A stretch of 63,357 nt of DNA, the filler included, from Acetivibrio sp. (lineage in GTDB: Bacteria > Bacillota > Clostridia > Acetivibrionales > Acetivibrionaceae), in assembly GCF_035371925.1 (NCBI RefSeq). It is 4 parts of 4 records of this genome, joined end to end, with 100 filler letters (N's around TTAATTAATTAA, not from the genome) between each part and the next. Parts side by side here need not be neighbours in the genome. Positions count along the whole stretch, not along the records: positions 17,165 to 33,689 come from NZ_DAORXT010000062.1; positions 33,790 to 50,303 come from NZ_DAORXT010000063.1; 2 more parts are not named here. One strand, 5' to 3'. The position numbers were made by a program, and so were the translations under genes. The notes under the pieces are model-generated. The model searched no databases and had not been told where the DNA came from. It was given only the letters and a program-made list of their open reading frames with translations. This document shows, one piece after another, positions 25,222 to 35,979 of the stretch (the stretch's first letter is position 1; each line of letters begins with the position of its first letter).

Positions 25222-26491
25222 AGGCGGACATGTTGTCGACACCAAAACCAATACAAACGAAGTAAAAGATATTTTGATTGAAGACGGGATAATAACCGAG
25301 ACGGGTAAAGATATAGAGATTTCAAACGGAGACATAATCTATGCCGAGGGCAAGCTGGTACTGCCGGGGCTGGTGGATGCCCACTGTCATCTGAGGGACC
25401 CGGGTTTTGAATACAAGGAAGACATAGAGACCGGAACTATGAGCGCTGCAATGGGAGGGTTTACTTCCATAGCATGCATGCCCAATACAGATCCTGTTTG
25501 CGATAATGAGACTATAGTGAAATATATTATAAACAAGGCAAAACAGGAAGGGGTTGTTAATGTATATCCCATAGGGGCGATATCCAAAGGACAAAAGGGT
25601 GAAGAGCTTTCGGAGATAGGTGAGCTGAAATTTGCCGGAGCTGTGGCAATTTCCGATGACGGAAGGCCGGTAAAAAGTTCTGCTCTTATGAAGAGGGCTT
25701 TGGAATACTCAGCCATGTTTGATATAGCAGTAATATCCCATTGTGAGGACTTGGATATTGCAGACGGCGGTGTAATGAACGAGGGATATTGGTCTACGGT
25801 TATGGGCCTTAAAGGCATACCTTCGGCTGCTGAAGAAATAATGGTGGCAAGGGATATTATACTGTCGGAATATACAAAGGTTCCGATACACATAGCCCAT
25901 GTGAGCACCGAGCTTTCGGTGGATCTTATAAGGAATGCCAAAAAACGCGGGGTAAAAGTGACCTGTGAGACTTGTCCTCATTACTTTGTTCTTACAGATG
26001 AGGCTTGCAAAGATTTTAACACTCTTGCAAAAGTTAATCCTCCGCTAAGGACGAGAAGAGATGTGGAGGCCGTGATTGAAGGATTAAAAGACGGCACAAT
26101 TGACATAATTGCAACAGACCATGCACCGCACCACAATGATGAGAAAAATGTTGAATTCAATTTAGCCGCAAACGGCATGGTTGGTTTTGAGACAGCATTG
26201 CCGCTGGCAATAACCTATCTTGTAAAACCAGGACATCTCACAATCGGCCAACTGGTTGAAAAGATGTGCGTAAATCCTTCGAAGCTTCTCGGTATCAACA
26301 AAGGTACGCTGGAGATAGGCAGGAGTGCGGATATAACTATTATTGACATAAATGAAGAATTTGTTGTGGACGTAAGCAACTTCAAATCAAAAAGCAAGAA
26401 CTCACCTTTCAATGGGTTCAAGCTAAATGGAAGCGTATATTATACCTTGGTGGGCGGCAATGCCGTTGTAAGAGAAAAGGTACTTTTATAA
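25205..26491 (+). CDS. pyrC: Dihydroorotase
   Basis: [21 protein letters not shown] and ATDHAPH. Confidence 0.98.
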   Translation: MRVLIKGGHVVDTKTNTNEVKDILIEDGIITETGKDIEISNGDIIYAEGKLVLPGLVDAHCHLRDPGFEYKEDIETGTMSAAMGGFTSIACMPNTDPVCDNETIVKYIINKAKQEGVVNVYPIGAISKGQKGEELSEIGELKFAGAVAISDDGRPVKSSALMKRALEYSAMFDIAVISHCEDLDIADGGVMNEGYWSTVMGLKGIPSAAEEIMVARDIILSEYTKVPIHIAHVSTELSVDLIRNAKKRGVKVTCETCPHYFVLTDEACKDFNTLAKVNPPLRTRRDVEAVIEGLKDGTIDIIATDHAPHHNDEKNVEFNLAANGMVGFETALPLAITYLVKPGHLTIGQLVEKMCVNPSKLLGINKGTLEIGRSADITIIDINEEFVVDVSNFKSKSKNSPFNGFKLNGSVYYTLVGGNAVVREKVLL

Positions 26492-26544
26492 TATAAGAGT
26501 TTTTCACTAACAATATTTTGAATTAGCTATATAAGGAGAATGAA

Positions 26545-27492
26545 ATGATGTTTGTTGATATATTGATTGAAAAGATTAAAGAAAAAAACAATCCTTCCGT
26601 TGTAGGTTTGGACCCGAAAATTGAGTATGTACCTTCTTTCATAAAAGAAGATATGTATAAGCAATATGGGAAGAATTCAAAAGGAGCGGCGCAGGCAATT
26701 CTTCTCTTTAATAAATATATAATTGACGCGGTTTATGATATTGTGCCTGCGGTAAAACCCCAGCTTGCATATTACGAAATGTATGGTCTGGAAGGCATGA
26801 AGGCGTTTTATGAAACTTGTAAATATGCAAAGGAAAAGGGACTTTTGGTTATTGCCGACGGTAAAAGAAACGATATCGGTTCTACTGCCCAGTGCTATTC
26901 TTCGGCATATCTTGGCAGAACAGACATTGATGAAGGTGTAAGTGAAGCTGTTTTTGATGCGGATGCACTTACGGTAAATCCCTATCTTGGTGTGGATGGA
27001 ATAAAGCCTTTCATAGATGACTGTATTAAATACGACAAGGGCATATTTGTGCTGGTGAAGACATCAAACAAGTCATCCGGCCAGATTCAGGATATACTCA
27101 CACAAGAAGGCAAAAGTATTTATGAGGTTGTTGCAGAGCTTGTTGAATCATGGGGAGCAAGCAGAAAAGGAAAATACGGATACAGCAGCATAGGAGCAGT
27201 GGTTGGAGCAACTTATCCCAACCAGGCAAAAATCCTAAGAAAGATTTTAAAAAGTGCCTATATATTGGTTCCGGGTTATGGAGCTCAGGGCGGAACAGCC
27301 AGAGATGTAGTCCATAGCTTTAATTATGACGGTCTTGGAGCAATTGTCAATGCATCAAGAAGCATAATGTGTGCTTATAAGTCTGAACAATGGAAAGATA
27401 TTTACAGCGAAGAAAAGTTTTACGAAGCATCAAGAGCTGAGGCAATAAGGATGAGGGAAGATATTAACGGCGCGCTAAGTGATATGAAGTAA
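26545..27492 (+). CDS. pyrF: Orotidine-5'-phosphate decarboxylase
   Basis: VGLDP, DGKRNDIGST, LVKTSN and PGYGAQGG. Confidence 0.97.
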   Translation: MMFVDILIEKIKEKNNPSVVGLDPKIEYVPSFIKEDMYKQYGKNSKGAAQAILLFNKYIIDAVYDIVPAVKPQLAYYEMYGLEGMKAFYETCKYAKEKGLLVIADGKRNDIGSTAQCYSSAYLGRTDIDEGVSEAVFDADALTVNPYLGVDGIKPFIDDCIKYDKGIFVLVKTSNKSSGQIQDILTQEGKSIYEVVAELVESWGASRKGKYGYSSIGAVVGATYPNQAKILRKILKSAYILVPGYGAQGGTARDVVHSFNYDGLGAIVNASRSIMCAYKSEQWKDIYSEEKFYEASRAEAIRMREDINGALSDMK

Positions 27493-27520
27493 TTTGATTT
27501 TAGAATACGGGGTGATATAT

Positions 27521-28594
27521 ATGAAAGCTATTCTTGCACTTGAAGACGGCACAATTTTTCACGGCGAAAGTTTCGGGGCTGAGGGAGAAGTAATCGGAGA
27601 AATTGTTTTTAATACCGGAATGACGGGCTATCAGGAGGTTTTGACAGATCCGTCCTATTGCGGCCAGATTGTAGCAATGACCTATCCTTTGATAGGAAAT
27701 TACGGGGTAAATAATGAAGATATAGAGTCGGAAAAACCCCAGGTAAAGGGCTTTATTGTAAGGGAACTTTGCCAGACTCCAAGCAATTGGAGGTCCGAAG
27801 AGACGTTAAACAATTATCTAAAAAAGAATAACATAATAGGAATTGAAAAAATCGACACGAGGGCTCTTACCAGAATTTTGAGAGAAAAGGGTACAATGAA
27901 AGGATTAATTACAACAGACCCGGATTTCAATTTTGATGAGAAAATTGATGAAATAAAAGCTTATGTTATAAAGGATCCGGTTATGTGTGTTACAACAAGG
28001 GAAGTCTTGCACTATAAAGGTGACGGATTTAAAGTTGCATTGATAGATTTGGGCTTGAAGAAAAATATTGTGCGCTCCCTTCTAAAAAGAGGATGTGATG
28101 TGCATGTTTTTCCTGCCGACTCTAAAGCAGAGGACATCCTTGCAATTAATCCTGACGGAATAATGCTTTCAAACGGACCAGGGGACCCTAAAGATTGTGT
28201 TTATACCATTGAAACAATAAAGAAGCTTATGGGCAAAAAACCCATGTTTGGAATATGCCTTGGACATCAGCTGACAGCCCTTGCAAACGGTGCCGATACA
28301 GAAAAACTGAAATACGGTCACAGAGGAGCAAATCATCCTGTGAAGGATGTCGAAAAGGATTTGACTTATATTACTTCTCAAAATCATGGATACACTATTG
28401 TTGAGTCATCCATGGACAAAGCGAGAATGGTAGTAAGTCACAGAAATATGAATGACGGCACTGTAGAGGGTGTAAGGTACAAGGATGTGCCGGTGTTTAC
28501 CGTGCAGTTCCATCCGGAGGCTTCGCCCGGTCCCGAGGATACGGCTTATCTCTTTGACGAGTTTATTGATATGATGAAAAGAAATTCTTTATAG
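27521..28594 (+). CDS. carA: Carbamoyl-phosphate synthase small subunit
   Basis: FNTGMTGYQE.LTDPSY, SNGPGDP, GICLGHQ and QFHPE. ATG at 27521 follows GGGGTG. Confidence 0.98.
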   Translation: MKAILALEDGTIFHGESFGAEGEVIGEIVFNTGMTGYQEVLTDPSYCGQIVAMTYPLIGNYGVNNEDIESEKPQVKGFIVRELCQTPSNWRSEETLNNYLKKNNIIGIEKIDTRALTRILREKGTMKGLITTDPDFNFDEKIDEIKAYVIKDPVMCVTTREVLHYKGDGFKVALIDLGLKKNIVRSLLKRGCDVHVFPADSKAEDILAINPDGIMLSNGPGDPKDCVYTIETIKKLMGKKPMFGICLGHQLTALANGADTEKLKYGHRGANHPVKDVEKDLTYITSQNHGYTIVESSMDKARMVVSHRNMNDGTVEGVRYKDVPVFTVQFHPEASPGPEDTAYLFDEFIDMMKRNSL

Positions 28595-28684
28595 AATTGC
28601 ATAAAAGCCTTAGTTTGACAACTTCAATGCTTTATTTAGGTGATTATTGACGGAACAAGATTTAATATATGAGGGGGAAATTAA

Positions 28685-31600
28685 ATGCCAAAAAGGGATG
28701 ATGTAAAAAAGGTCCTGGTTATTGGCTCGGGGCCTATTGTAATCGGTCAGGCGGCAGAGTTTGACTACGCAGGGACTCAGGCCTGCAGGGCTTTAAAAGA
28801 AGAAAATATAGAGGTGGTGCTGGTTAACAGCAACCCTGCCACAATCATGACAGATACCAATATAGCTGATAAAGTATATATTGAGCCTCTTACAGTAGAG
28901 GTTGTAAAGAACATTATAATAAAAGAAAAACCGGATAGCATACTTCCTACTTTGGGGGGACAGACGGGACTTAATCTTGCTATGGAGCTTGCAGAGTCAG
29001 GTTTTTTGAGGGAACATGGCGTAAAACTTTTGGGAACGGCTACCGAAGCGATAAAAATGGCCGAGGACCGGCAGGCATTTAAAGACACCATGGAAAGAAT
29101 AGGAGAACCCTGTATTGCCAGCAAGGTGGTAAATACAATTGAGGATGCACTGGATTTTGCAAGGGAAATCGGATATCCCGTTATTGTACGCCCTGCCTAT
29201 ACTTTGGGAGGAACCGGCGGAGGTATTGTGTACAATGATGAAGAACTAAAAGAGATTGGCTCTAATGGTTTAAGGCTCAGCAGGGTACATCAGGTTCTTA
29301 TCGAGAAATGTATCTCGGGATGGAAAGAAATTGAGTATGAGGTTATGCGCGACAGCAAGGGTAATGTAATTACCGTATGCAATATGGAAAATATTGACCC
29401 GGTAGGAGTTCATACCGGAGACAGTATAGTTGTCGCTCCTTCTCAAACCCTTGCGGACAGAGAATATCAGATGCTTCGCTCCGCAGCATTAAAGATAATA
29501 TCGGCATTGGGCATAGAGGGAGGATGTAATGTCCAGTTTGCTCTAAATCCCAACAGCTTTGAATATGCGGTAATCGAGGTTAATCCAAGGGTTAGCCGTT
29601 CGTCGGCATTGGCATCAAAGGCAACAGGCTATCCCATCGCAAAAGTTGCTTCAAAGATAGCTATAGGCTATGGTCTTGATGAAATTAAAAATGCGGTAAC
29701 AGGAAAGACCTATGCATGCTTTGAGCCTACTTTGGACTATGTTGTGCTCAAGATACCGAAATGGCCTTTTGACAAGTTTGTAAAGGCAAAAAGAACTTTA
29801 GGAACGCAGATGAAAGCTACCGGTGAAGTAATGGCGATAAGCAGCTCCTTTGAAGGAGCCCTGATGAAGGCGCTAAGATCCCTGGAACTGGGTATTTTCA
29901 CACTTGAGCAGGATATTTACAAAAAGTTCAGCGATGAGGAAATAAGGGAAAAGATAAAGGATGTAAATGATGAAAGACTTCTTGTTATTGCTGAGGGAAT
30001 TAGAAGAGGTATAACAGTAGAGGAAATTAACGATATTACAAAGATAGATTTGTTCTTCTTAAACAAAATCAAAAAGCTGGTTCTTATGGAAGAGAAGTTA
30101 AAGACCATGAAGCTTTCGGATTTTGATGAAGAAAGCTTAAGAACGGTTAAAAAGATGGGCTTTACCGACGCAGTTATAGCAAACTATATTGGCTGCGACA
30201 AAAATGAAGTTACAGCAAAAAGAAAAGAGCTTGGCATTCGTGCCGTTTATAAAATGGTTGATACCTGTGCAGCAGAATTTGAGGCTATGACACCTTATTA
30301 TTATTCCACCTATGACGAATGCTGCGAAGTGAAAAAATCGGATAAGAAAAAGGTTTTGGTAATAGGCTCGGGTCCTATAAGGATAGGACAGGGTATTGAG
30401 TTTGACTACTGCTCGGTTCACTCGGTATGGGGATTAAAACAAGAAGGCTATGAAACTATAATAGCCAACAACAATCCCGAGACAGTAAGTACTGACTTTG
30501 ACACAGCGGATAGGCTGTACTTTGAACCGTTGACTCCTGAGGATGTGGAGAACATTGTGGAGAAAGAAGGAGTTGAAGGAGCAATTGTACAGTTTGGCGG
30601 ACAGACAGCTATTAAACTTACAAAGGCCCTTGTAGAAATGGGAGTAAAGGTTTTCGGAACAGAGCCCAAATATATTGATGCAGCCGAAGACCGTGAGAAA
30701 TTTGATGAAATTTTAGAAGAGCTCGGCATTCCAAGGCCTCAAGGAAAGACAATATTTACCCTTGACGAAGCTTTGAAGGCTGCAAATGAGTTGGGCTACC
30801 CCGTGCTGGTAAGACCGTCGTATGTACTTGGCGGCCAAGGTATGGAAATAGCTTACAGCGACAAAGATGTAATAGAATTTATGGAGATTATAAACAGGGT
30901 AAAGCAGGAGCATCCAATCCTCATAGACAAATATATGATGGGTAAAGAAATTGAAGTTGATGCCATATGCGACGGGGAGGATATTTTGATACCCGGTATA
31001 ATGGAGCACCTGGAAAGAGCCGGTGTTCACTCCGGAGACAGCATATCTGTGTATCCGACTCAGACAATAGAAGAAAAGCTTAAGGAAAAGATTGCGGATT
31101 ATACCCAAAAGCTTGCCAAAGCACTAAGGGTTGTCGGTTTGATTAACATACAGTATGTATATTATAATAATGAGCTTTATGTAATAGAGGTTAACCCGCG
31201 TTCAAGCCGTACCGTTCCGTATATTAGCAAGGTAACGGGAATACCTATGGTGAATATTGCCACGAGAATAATGATGGGCAAGAAGCTCAAAGATTTCAAC
31301 TATGGAACGGGACTTTACAGAGAATCGGAGTATGTAGCCATAAAGGTTCCGGTATTCTCCTTTGAAAAGCTTCATGATGTTGACACAAGCTTAGGACCTG
31401 AAATGAAGTCCACCGGTGAAGTTTTGGGTATAGCAAAAACCTTCCCCGATGCACTGTACAAGGGAATTATTGCAACAGGAATCAAGCTTCCTAAAAAAGG
31501 CGGAGCAATACTGATGACCGTAAGGGATACTGACAAGCCGGAGCTTATACACCTGGCAGAAGAGTTTGAGAAGCTGGGATTTGAGCTTTATGCCACAGGT

Positions 31601-31903
31601 AAAACCGCCAATATGCTAAACAACCAGGGAATTGCCACCAATGCCGTGAAAAAAATCGGCGAGGGTGAACCGAACCTTCTGAATCTGATTGAGTCGGGCA
31701 AAATTAGTCTCATAATTAATACTCCTACAAAGGGAAGACAACCCGAAAGGGACGGATTTAAAATTAGACGAAAAGCTGTTGAAATGTCAATTCCTTGTCT
31801 TACATCCCTTGATACTGCAAGAGCGGTATTGGAGTGTATAAAACTCGGAAAAGACGAAAAAGAGCTTGGAGTTTTGGATTTGAGTGTATTTGATAACAAA
31901 TAA
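28685..31903 (+). CDS. carB: Carbamoyl-phosphate synthase large subunit
   Basis: [17 protein letters not shown], duplicated ATP-grasp halves and a C-terminal MGS domain. Confidence 0.99.
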   Translation: MPKRDDVKKVLVIGSGPIVIGQAAEFDYAGTQACRALKEENIEVVLVNSNPATIMTDTNIADKVYIEPLTVEVVKNIIIKEKPDSILPTLGGQTGLNLAMELAESGFLREHGVKLLGTATEAIKMAEDRQAFKDTMERIGEPCIASKVVNTIEDALDFAREIGYPVIVRPAYTLGGTGGGIVYNDEELKEIGSNGLRLSRVHQVLIEKCISGWKEIEYEVMRDSKGNVITVCNMENIDPVGVHTGDSIVVAPSQTLADREYQMLRSAALKIISALGIEGGCNVQFALNPNSFEYAVIEVNPRVSRSSALASKATGYPIAKVASKIAIGYGLDEIKNAVTGKTYACFEPTLDYVVLKIPKWPFDKFVKAKRTLGTQMKATGEVMAISSSFEGALMKALRSLELGIFTLEQDIYKKFSDEEIREKIKDVNDERLLVIAEGIRRGITVEEINDITKIDLFFLNKIKKLVLMEEKLKTMKLSDFDEESLRTVKKMGFTDAVIANYIGCDKNEVTAKRKELGIRAVYKMVDTCAAEFEAMTPYYYSTYDECCEVKKSDKKKVLVIGSGPIRIGQGIEFDYCSVHSVWGLKQEGYETIIANNNPETVSTDFDTADRLYFEPLTPEDVENIVEKEGVEGAIVQFGGQTAIKLTKALVEMGVKVFGTEPKYIDAAEDREKFDEILEELGIPRPQGKTIFTLDEALKAANELGYPVLVRPSYVLGGQGMEIAYSDKDVIEFMEIINRVKQEHPILIDKYMMGKEIEVDAICDGEDILIPGIMEHLERAGVHSGDSISVYPTQTIEEKLKEKIADYTQKLAKALRVVGLINIQYVYYNNELYVIEVNPRSSRTVPYISKVTGIPMVNIATRIMMGKKLKDFNYGTGLYRESEYVAIKVPVFSFEKLHDVDTSLGPEMKSTGEVLGIAKTFPDALYKGIIATGIKLPKKGGAILMTVRDTDKPELIHLAEEFEKLGFELYATGKTANMLNNQGIATNAVKKIGEGEPNLLNLIESGKISLIINTPTKGRQPERDGFKIRRKAVEMSIPCLTSLDTARAVLECIKLGKDEKELGVLDLSVFDNK

Positions 31904-31915
31904 TCGGAGGATGCC

Positions 31916-32701
31916 ATGTCCAAGGTGTTGAAGGAAAAAATAGAGAGTATTGAGAAAATAGCAAAATCAATTTATAAAATGACTGTTAAATCTGAATATA
32001 TATCTGAAAATGCCCGTCCGGGGCAGTTTGTAAACGTAAAATGCTGTGAAGGGTTAAACGCACTTCTAAGAAGGCCGATAAGCATATGCAGCGTTGACAG
32101 GGAACGGGGAACATTTGATATTGTATTTCAAATAAAGGGAATCGGCACCGAATACCTGTCCCAAAAACAAGCGGGGAGCGAAGTGGATTTGATAGGCCCT
32201 TTGGGAAAACCGTTCCATGTATCCGACCAATACAAGCGTATTGCCGTGGTAGGGGGAGGGATAGGTATATTCCCCCTGCTATACCTGTTAAAAGAGATGA
32301 AAGATGCTGACAAGTCTGCTTTTTTAGGGTTTAGAAGCAGTGATTATGTGGTATTGACCGATGAGTTTGAAGCTGCCGCCGATAAACTTTCCATATCTAC
32401 AGATGACGGAAGCGTGGGCTACAAAGGACTAGTTACCGATCTTCTTGACAAGGATATTGCTGAAAAGGGATTTGACATTATTTACACCTGCGGTCCTTTA
32501 CCGATGATTAGAAAGGTAAAAGATATGGCCCAAAAGGCCGGCATCAAATGCCAGGTGTCCTTGGAGCAGAGAATGGGATGCGGGATTGGAGCATGTCTTG
32601 TGTGTGCGTGCAAAACCGGAAAACCGGATAATTGGGAATACAGCCATGTTTGTAAAGATGGGCCTGTTTTCTGGAGTGATGAGGTGATTTTGGATGACTG
32701 A
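31916..32701 (+). CDS. pyrK: Dihydroorotate dehydrogenase electron transfer subunit
   Basis: PGQFV, RRPISI, GGGIGIFP and MGCGIGACLVC...CKDGPVF. Confidence 0.96.
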   Translation: MSKVLKEKIESIEKIAKSIYKMTVKSEYISENARPGQFVNVKCCEGLNALLRRPISICSVDRERGTFDIVFQIKGIGTEYLSQKQAGSEVDLIGPLGKPFHVSDQYKRIAVVGGGIGIFPLLYLLKEMKDADKSAFLGFRSSDYVVLTDEFEAAADKLSISTDDGSVGYKGLVTDLLDKDIAEKGFDIIYTCGPLPMIRKVKDMAQKAGIKCQVSLEQRMGCGIGACLVCACKTGKPDNWEYSHVCKDGPVFWSDEVILDD

Positions 32702-33617
32702 AAAAACTGTTGATTTAAGTGTTGATATTGCAGGTTTGAAGCTTAAAAATCCCGTTATCGGAGCTTCCGGAACTTTCGGATTCGGTAGGGAGTTTGCCGA
32801 TTATATGGATTTAAATAAGATTGGAGGAATATCGGTAAAGGGACTTACCCTGGAAAAAAGGCAGGGAAACAGGCCGCCCAGGATTGCCGAAACTCCGGCC
32901 GGTATTCTCAACAGCGTGGGGCTTCAGAATCCGGGTGTTAAAGCTTTTATAGAAGATGAGATTCCTTTTTTGAGAAAATACGATACAAAAATAATTGCCA
33001 ATATTGCGGGCAATACTATAGAAGATTACTGCGAAATGGCAGCTCAATTGTCGGATGCGGATATTGATGCCATAGAGCTTAATGTCTCCTGTCCCAATGT
33101 AAAAAAAGGATGTGTTGCTTTTGGAAATTCTCCGGGAGGGATAAGCGAGATTACAAGCAAAGTGAAAAAATACTGCAAAAAACCGCTTATAGTCAAGCTT
33201 ACTCCAAATGTAACCGATATTAAAGAAATAGCTGTTGCCGCAGAAGAAGCGGGAGCTGATGCCCTCTCCCTTATAAACACAATTTTAGGTATGGCCATTG
33301 ACATACACAAAAAAAGACCTATACTGGCCAACAATATGGGTGGCCTTTCCGGTCCGGCGGTAAAACCCATTGCAGTGAGAATGGTCTATGAGGTTGCAAG
33401 CGTTGTTAAAATACCCGTTATCGGAATGGGTGGAATATCAAGCGGTGAGGATGCGGTGGAATTCATGCTGGCGGGAGCAAGCGCAGTAATGGTGGGAACA
33501 GCCAATTTTATAAATCCTACTGCCTGTTATGATGTTGTCGAAGGAATAGAAAATTACCTCAGAATGTATAACCACGGCAGTGTTTATGAAATAATAGGAA
33601 AGTTACAACTTAATTGA
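32694..33617 (+). CDS. pyrD: Dihydroorotate dehydrogenase (NAD+) catalytic subunit
   Basis: LKNPV..ASGTFG, LNVSCPNV, VKLTPNV and GGLSGPAVKP. Confidence 0.98.
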   Translation: MTEKTVDLSVDIAGLKLKNPVIGASGTFGFGREFADYMDLNKIGGISVKGLTLEKRQGNRPPRIAETPAGILNSVGLQNPGVKAFIEDEIPFLRKYDTKIIANIAGNTIEDYCEMAAQLSDADIDAIELNVSCPNVKKGCVAFGNSPGGISEITSKVKKYCKKPLIVKLTPNVTDIKEIAVAAEEAGADALSLINTILGMAIDIHKKRPILANNMGGLSGPAVKPIAVRMVYEVASVVKIPVIGMGGISSGEDAVEFMLAGASAVMVGTANFINPTACYDVVEGIENYLRMYNHGSVYEIIGKLQLN

Positions 33618-33689
33618 TAAAATGATATAATATTATATATTGATTGTCCCACAAAAAGCTAGAAAATATAAACAAATAGAGCAAAATAT

Positions 33690-33789
33690 NNNNNNNNNNN
33701 NNNNNNNNNNNNNNNNNNNNNNNNNNNNNNNNNTTAATTAATTAANNNNNNNNNNNNNNNNNNNNNNNNNNNNNNNNNNNNNNNNNNNN
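33690..33789. other. Artificial contig joint (N-TTAATTAATTAA-N)
   Basis: Linker at 33734-33745 inside 100 positions of Ns plus linker. Confidence 0.97.
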
Positions 33790-33912
33790 AAACTTATAAA
33801 CATTATAATATCCAAGTCATGGAATGCATAAAAGAAATTTAATAGATTCTGAAAAAGAAAATTAATGAAAAAAAATTATCTTTAACTTCAATATTTAAAA
33901 TATAAAATTGTT

Positions 33913-34119
33913 ATGGAAAAATTGAATGTTTCTTTAACATTGTCAGGTTTAGTGACACACATTAAACCTGATGCAGCAGAATTAAAATCCAAAAGGGGCT
34001 ACGAAAAAGGACAGTTTAAACTCAAACATGAAGTATTCGTCCCGGATATTACACTGGCTGAACTGAAAAAACGTGTCGAAACTGCCCTTAACGTACTGTC
34101 AAAAGGTAAAACAAAATAG
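33913..34119 (+). CDS. Hypothetical phage protein (68 aa)
   Basis: ATG in an A-rich context; followed by the hairpin at 34244-34268. Confidence 0.55.
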   Translation: MEKLNVSLTLSGLVTHIKPDAAELKSKRGYEKGQFKLKHEVFVPDITLAELKKRVETALNVLSKGKTK

Positions 34120-34243
34120 CCGGCAGTCATGCCTTTTGACATGAAAGGGGAATAAATTATTATTCTCCTTTTTTTATTTAACATAATATTATTAAATTTG
34201 TGCCATTGTTTCAGGTATAAGTTCAGGTGAATTTTTAATTCTT

Positions 34244-34272
34244 AACCACTCTTTTTTAAAGGGTGGTTTTAT
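34244..34272 (+). terminator. Intrinsic terminator-like hairpin
   Basis: AACCACTCTTT-TT-AAAGGGTGGTT followed by Ts. Confidence 0.55.
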
Positions 34273-34288
34273 TTTCTGAAAAAAAACA

Positions 34289-34296
34289 TATATTTG
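34289..34296 (+). promoter_or_regulatory. Bacteroidota-type -7 promoter element (TAnnTTTG)
   Basis: TATATTTG 22 nt upstream of the HTH gene ATG; further copies at 34193-34200 and 34977-34984. Confidence 0.5.
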
Positions 34297-34318
34297 TTAT
34301 GAATTAAAAATTACCACC

Positions 34319-34636
34319 ATGAACATACCTGAAATGATTCCGGATGATCCTATTATCGACGCATCACAACTAAAAGGATTGTGGATTCCGGCTGAAATTT
34401 TTCATAACCAGTCCTTATGCCCTAATGAAAAAATACTCCTTGCCCTCATCTGGCACCTTGACCAACACCAGTTCCATTGCTACGCAAGCAATAAATGGCT
34501 TGCAAAACAAATAGGCATAAGCCAGAAAAGAATCGCAAATATCATTACCAAACTTAAAAAACAAGGACTTATAGAACAACTTCAATGGAACGGAAAATTC
34601 CGAATATTGCGATATTGCGGTATTAAACCAATGTAA
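34319..34636 (+). CDS. Winged helix-turn-helix protein resembling the N-terminus of phage replication initiators
   Basis: GLWIPAEIF...EKILLALI..L......CYASNKWLAKQIGISQKRIANIITKLKKQGLI. Confidence 0.7.
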   Translation: MNIPEMIPDDPIIDASQLKGLWIPAEIFHNQSLCPNEKILLALIWHLDQHQFHCYASNKWLAKQIGISQKRIANIITKLKKQGLIEQLQWNGKFRILRYCGIKPM

Positions 34637-34672
34637 AATACACCTTTGTAATTAATTGATAACGAGATACTA

Positions 34673-34710
34673 TTCCCATTTTTGGGAAAATACATTCCCA
34701 AAAATGGGAA
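34673..34710. repeat. Perfect 16-bp inverted repeat of quasi-palindromic iteron-like units
   Basis: TTCCCATTTTTGGGAA-AATACA-TTCCCAAAAATGGGAA, followed by an almost pure A/T tract at about 34712-34762 including (AT)n. Confidence 0.8.
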
Positions 34711-34926
34711 CATAATATAATAGTATATAAAATAAAATAATAATATATATATATATATATAAGAAAGGCAAAAAGAAAAAAATCATAAATTTTTACTCTA
34801 AATCATTCAATTTCAATTAAATGATTTTTTTAAAAAAGTGCCTCTATTCTTTGTGATTATTTTGTAATTTTACCATAGAAACATCCAGGATGGCGGTTTC
34901 TTCTGCTCTTCCACTGTTTCATGGCA

Positions 34927-34961
34927 AGCCCTGATTAAATTTTAAAAATCAGGGCTATTTT
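34927..34961 (+). terminator. Intrinsic terminator-like hairpin
   Basis: AGCCCTGATT-N10-AATCAGGGCT-ATTTT. Confidence 0.6.
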
Positions 34962-35026
34962 ATATGAAAAATTTTTTAAATTTGTTGTTGCTAACATTAT
35001 TTATTAACCTTTAAAACCTTAAGAAA

Positions 35027-35557
35027 ATGGACTTCAAGTTAGACATCGAACTAAAGATCAAAGCAAAGCCTTTGACGCCCAAGACTGGGTTACAAGAAAG
35101 ACCTCCTTTCGAGAGAAATGTGTTTACCATAACACAAAATGCCTCGAAATTTGTCTATGGTATCAATAAAAGTGATATCGCCACAATGGCAACTAACGCA
35201 CTACTGCCCATAACAAGAAGATGGGCTCTTTCTTCTACAGAACCTACTGAGGTGATCACAGAACCAGCTACAAATATCACAGCCTCAGCGTTCAAACTTA
35301 ATGGAAGAGTACACCCCCACGGAACATCTACAGCTGTTACGTTCCAGTACGGAACAAGCATAGCACTGGGAACAGAAAATGCCGCTGCAGAAACAGCAGA
35401 AAACCCAGTGACAGGTAACTCCTGGGTGACAGTATCCTATACAAAATCTTCCGGAGTGTCAGCCAATACCCAATACTACTTCAGAATCAAAACAGTCGCC
35501 GGAACACTGACAATGTATAGCGAAATACTTACTTTCAAAACACCACCAGCTTCGTAA
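35027..35557 (+). CDS. Phage protein with a C-terminal fibronectin-III/Ig-like domain
   Basis: TEPATNITASAFKLNGRVHPHG...TFQYGTS...NTQYYFRIKTVAGTLTMYSEILTFKT matches the FN3 pattern; TAAATTTG at 34977 upstream and a terminator downstream. Confidence 0.65.
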   Translation: MDFKLDIELKIKAKPLTPKTGLQERPPFERNVFTITQNASKFVYGINKSDIATMATNALLPITRRWALSSTEPTEVITEPATNITASAFKLNGRVHPHGTSTAVTFQYGTSIALGTENAAAETAENPVTGNSWVTVSYTKSSGVSANTQYYFRIKTVAGTLTMYSEILTFKTPPAS

Positions 35558-35581
35558 TCCTATGATAAGTAAAAATAAAAG

Positions 35582-35618
35582 AGGGGGATAACATAATTAT
35601 CCCCCTTTATTTTTTTAT
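35582..35618 (+). terminator. Intrinsic terminator after the FN3 gene
   Basis: AGGGGGATAA-CATAA-TTATCCCCCT plus a T-rich tail. Confidence 0.75.
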
Positions 35619-35672
35619 TTAAAAAAAATTACTACTTTTAATGCCATATATTACCTGTTAATAATCTTCAAT

Positions 35673-35978
35673 ATGAAAAATGTAATTAAAAAAATATTCA
35701 GAAAAATAAAAAATCTGTTCCGTAAAATATTCTACAAAACAGAAAATAAAACAATAAACTATAATACTTGCAACCCGGAAAATACTAATAACTATATCTG
35801 CTTCCCCTATCATGGACAACTTATAAGCATTAAAATAAATGAATTACCTTACTGGAAAAAACTCTCACGTAAAGAAAAAAGAACAATGGCAAGAAAATTT
35901 AAAATAATGGAGGAAAAAGGAAAAATAAAATTCGTTAAAGTCGGAAATAAATATATATGTCTTAAAAATAAAATATAA
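35673..35978 (+). CDS. Hypothetical basic phage protein (101 aa)
   Basis: ORF ends 1 nt before the GroES-like gene; Lys-rich. Confidence 0.6.
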   Translation: MKNVIKKIFRKIKNLFRKIFYKTENKTINYNTCNPENTNNYICFPYHGQLISIKINELPYWKKLSRKEKRTMARKFKIMEEKGKIKFVKVGNKYICLKNKI

Positions 35979-35979
35979 T

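Noticed and set aside
34873..34961. Phage tRNA gene
   Set aside because: No T-loop GTTCRA, D-loop or cloverleaf spacing; kept only as a generic structured element.
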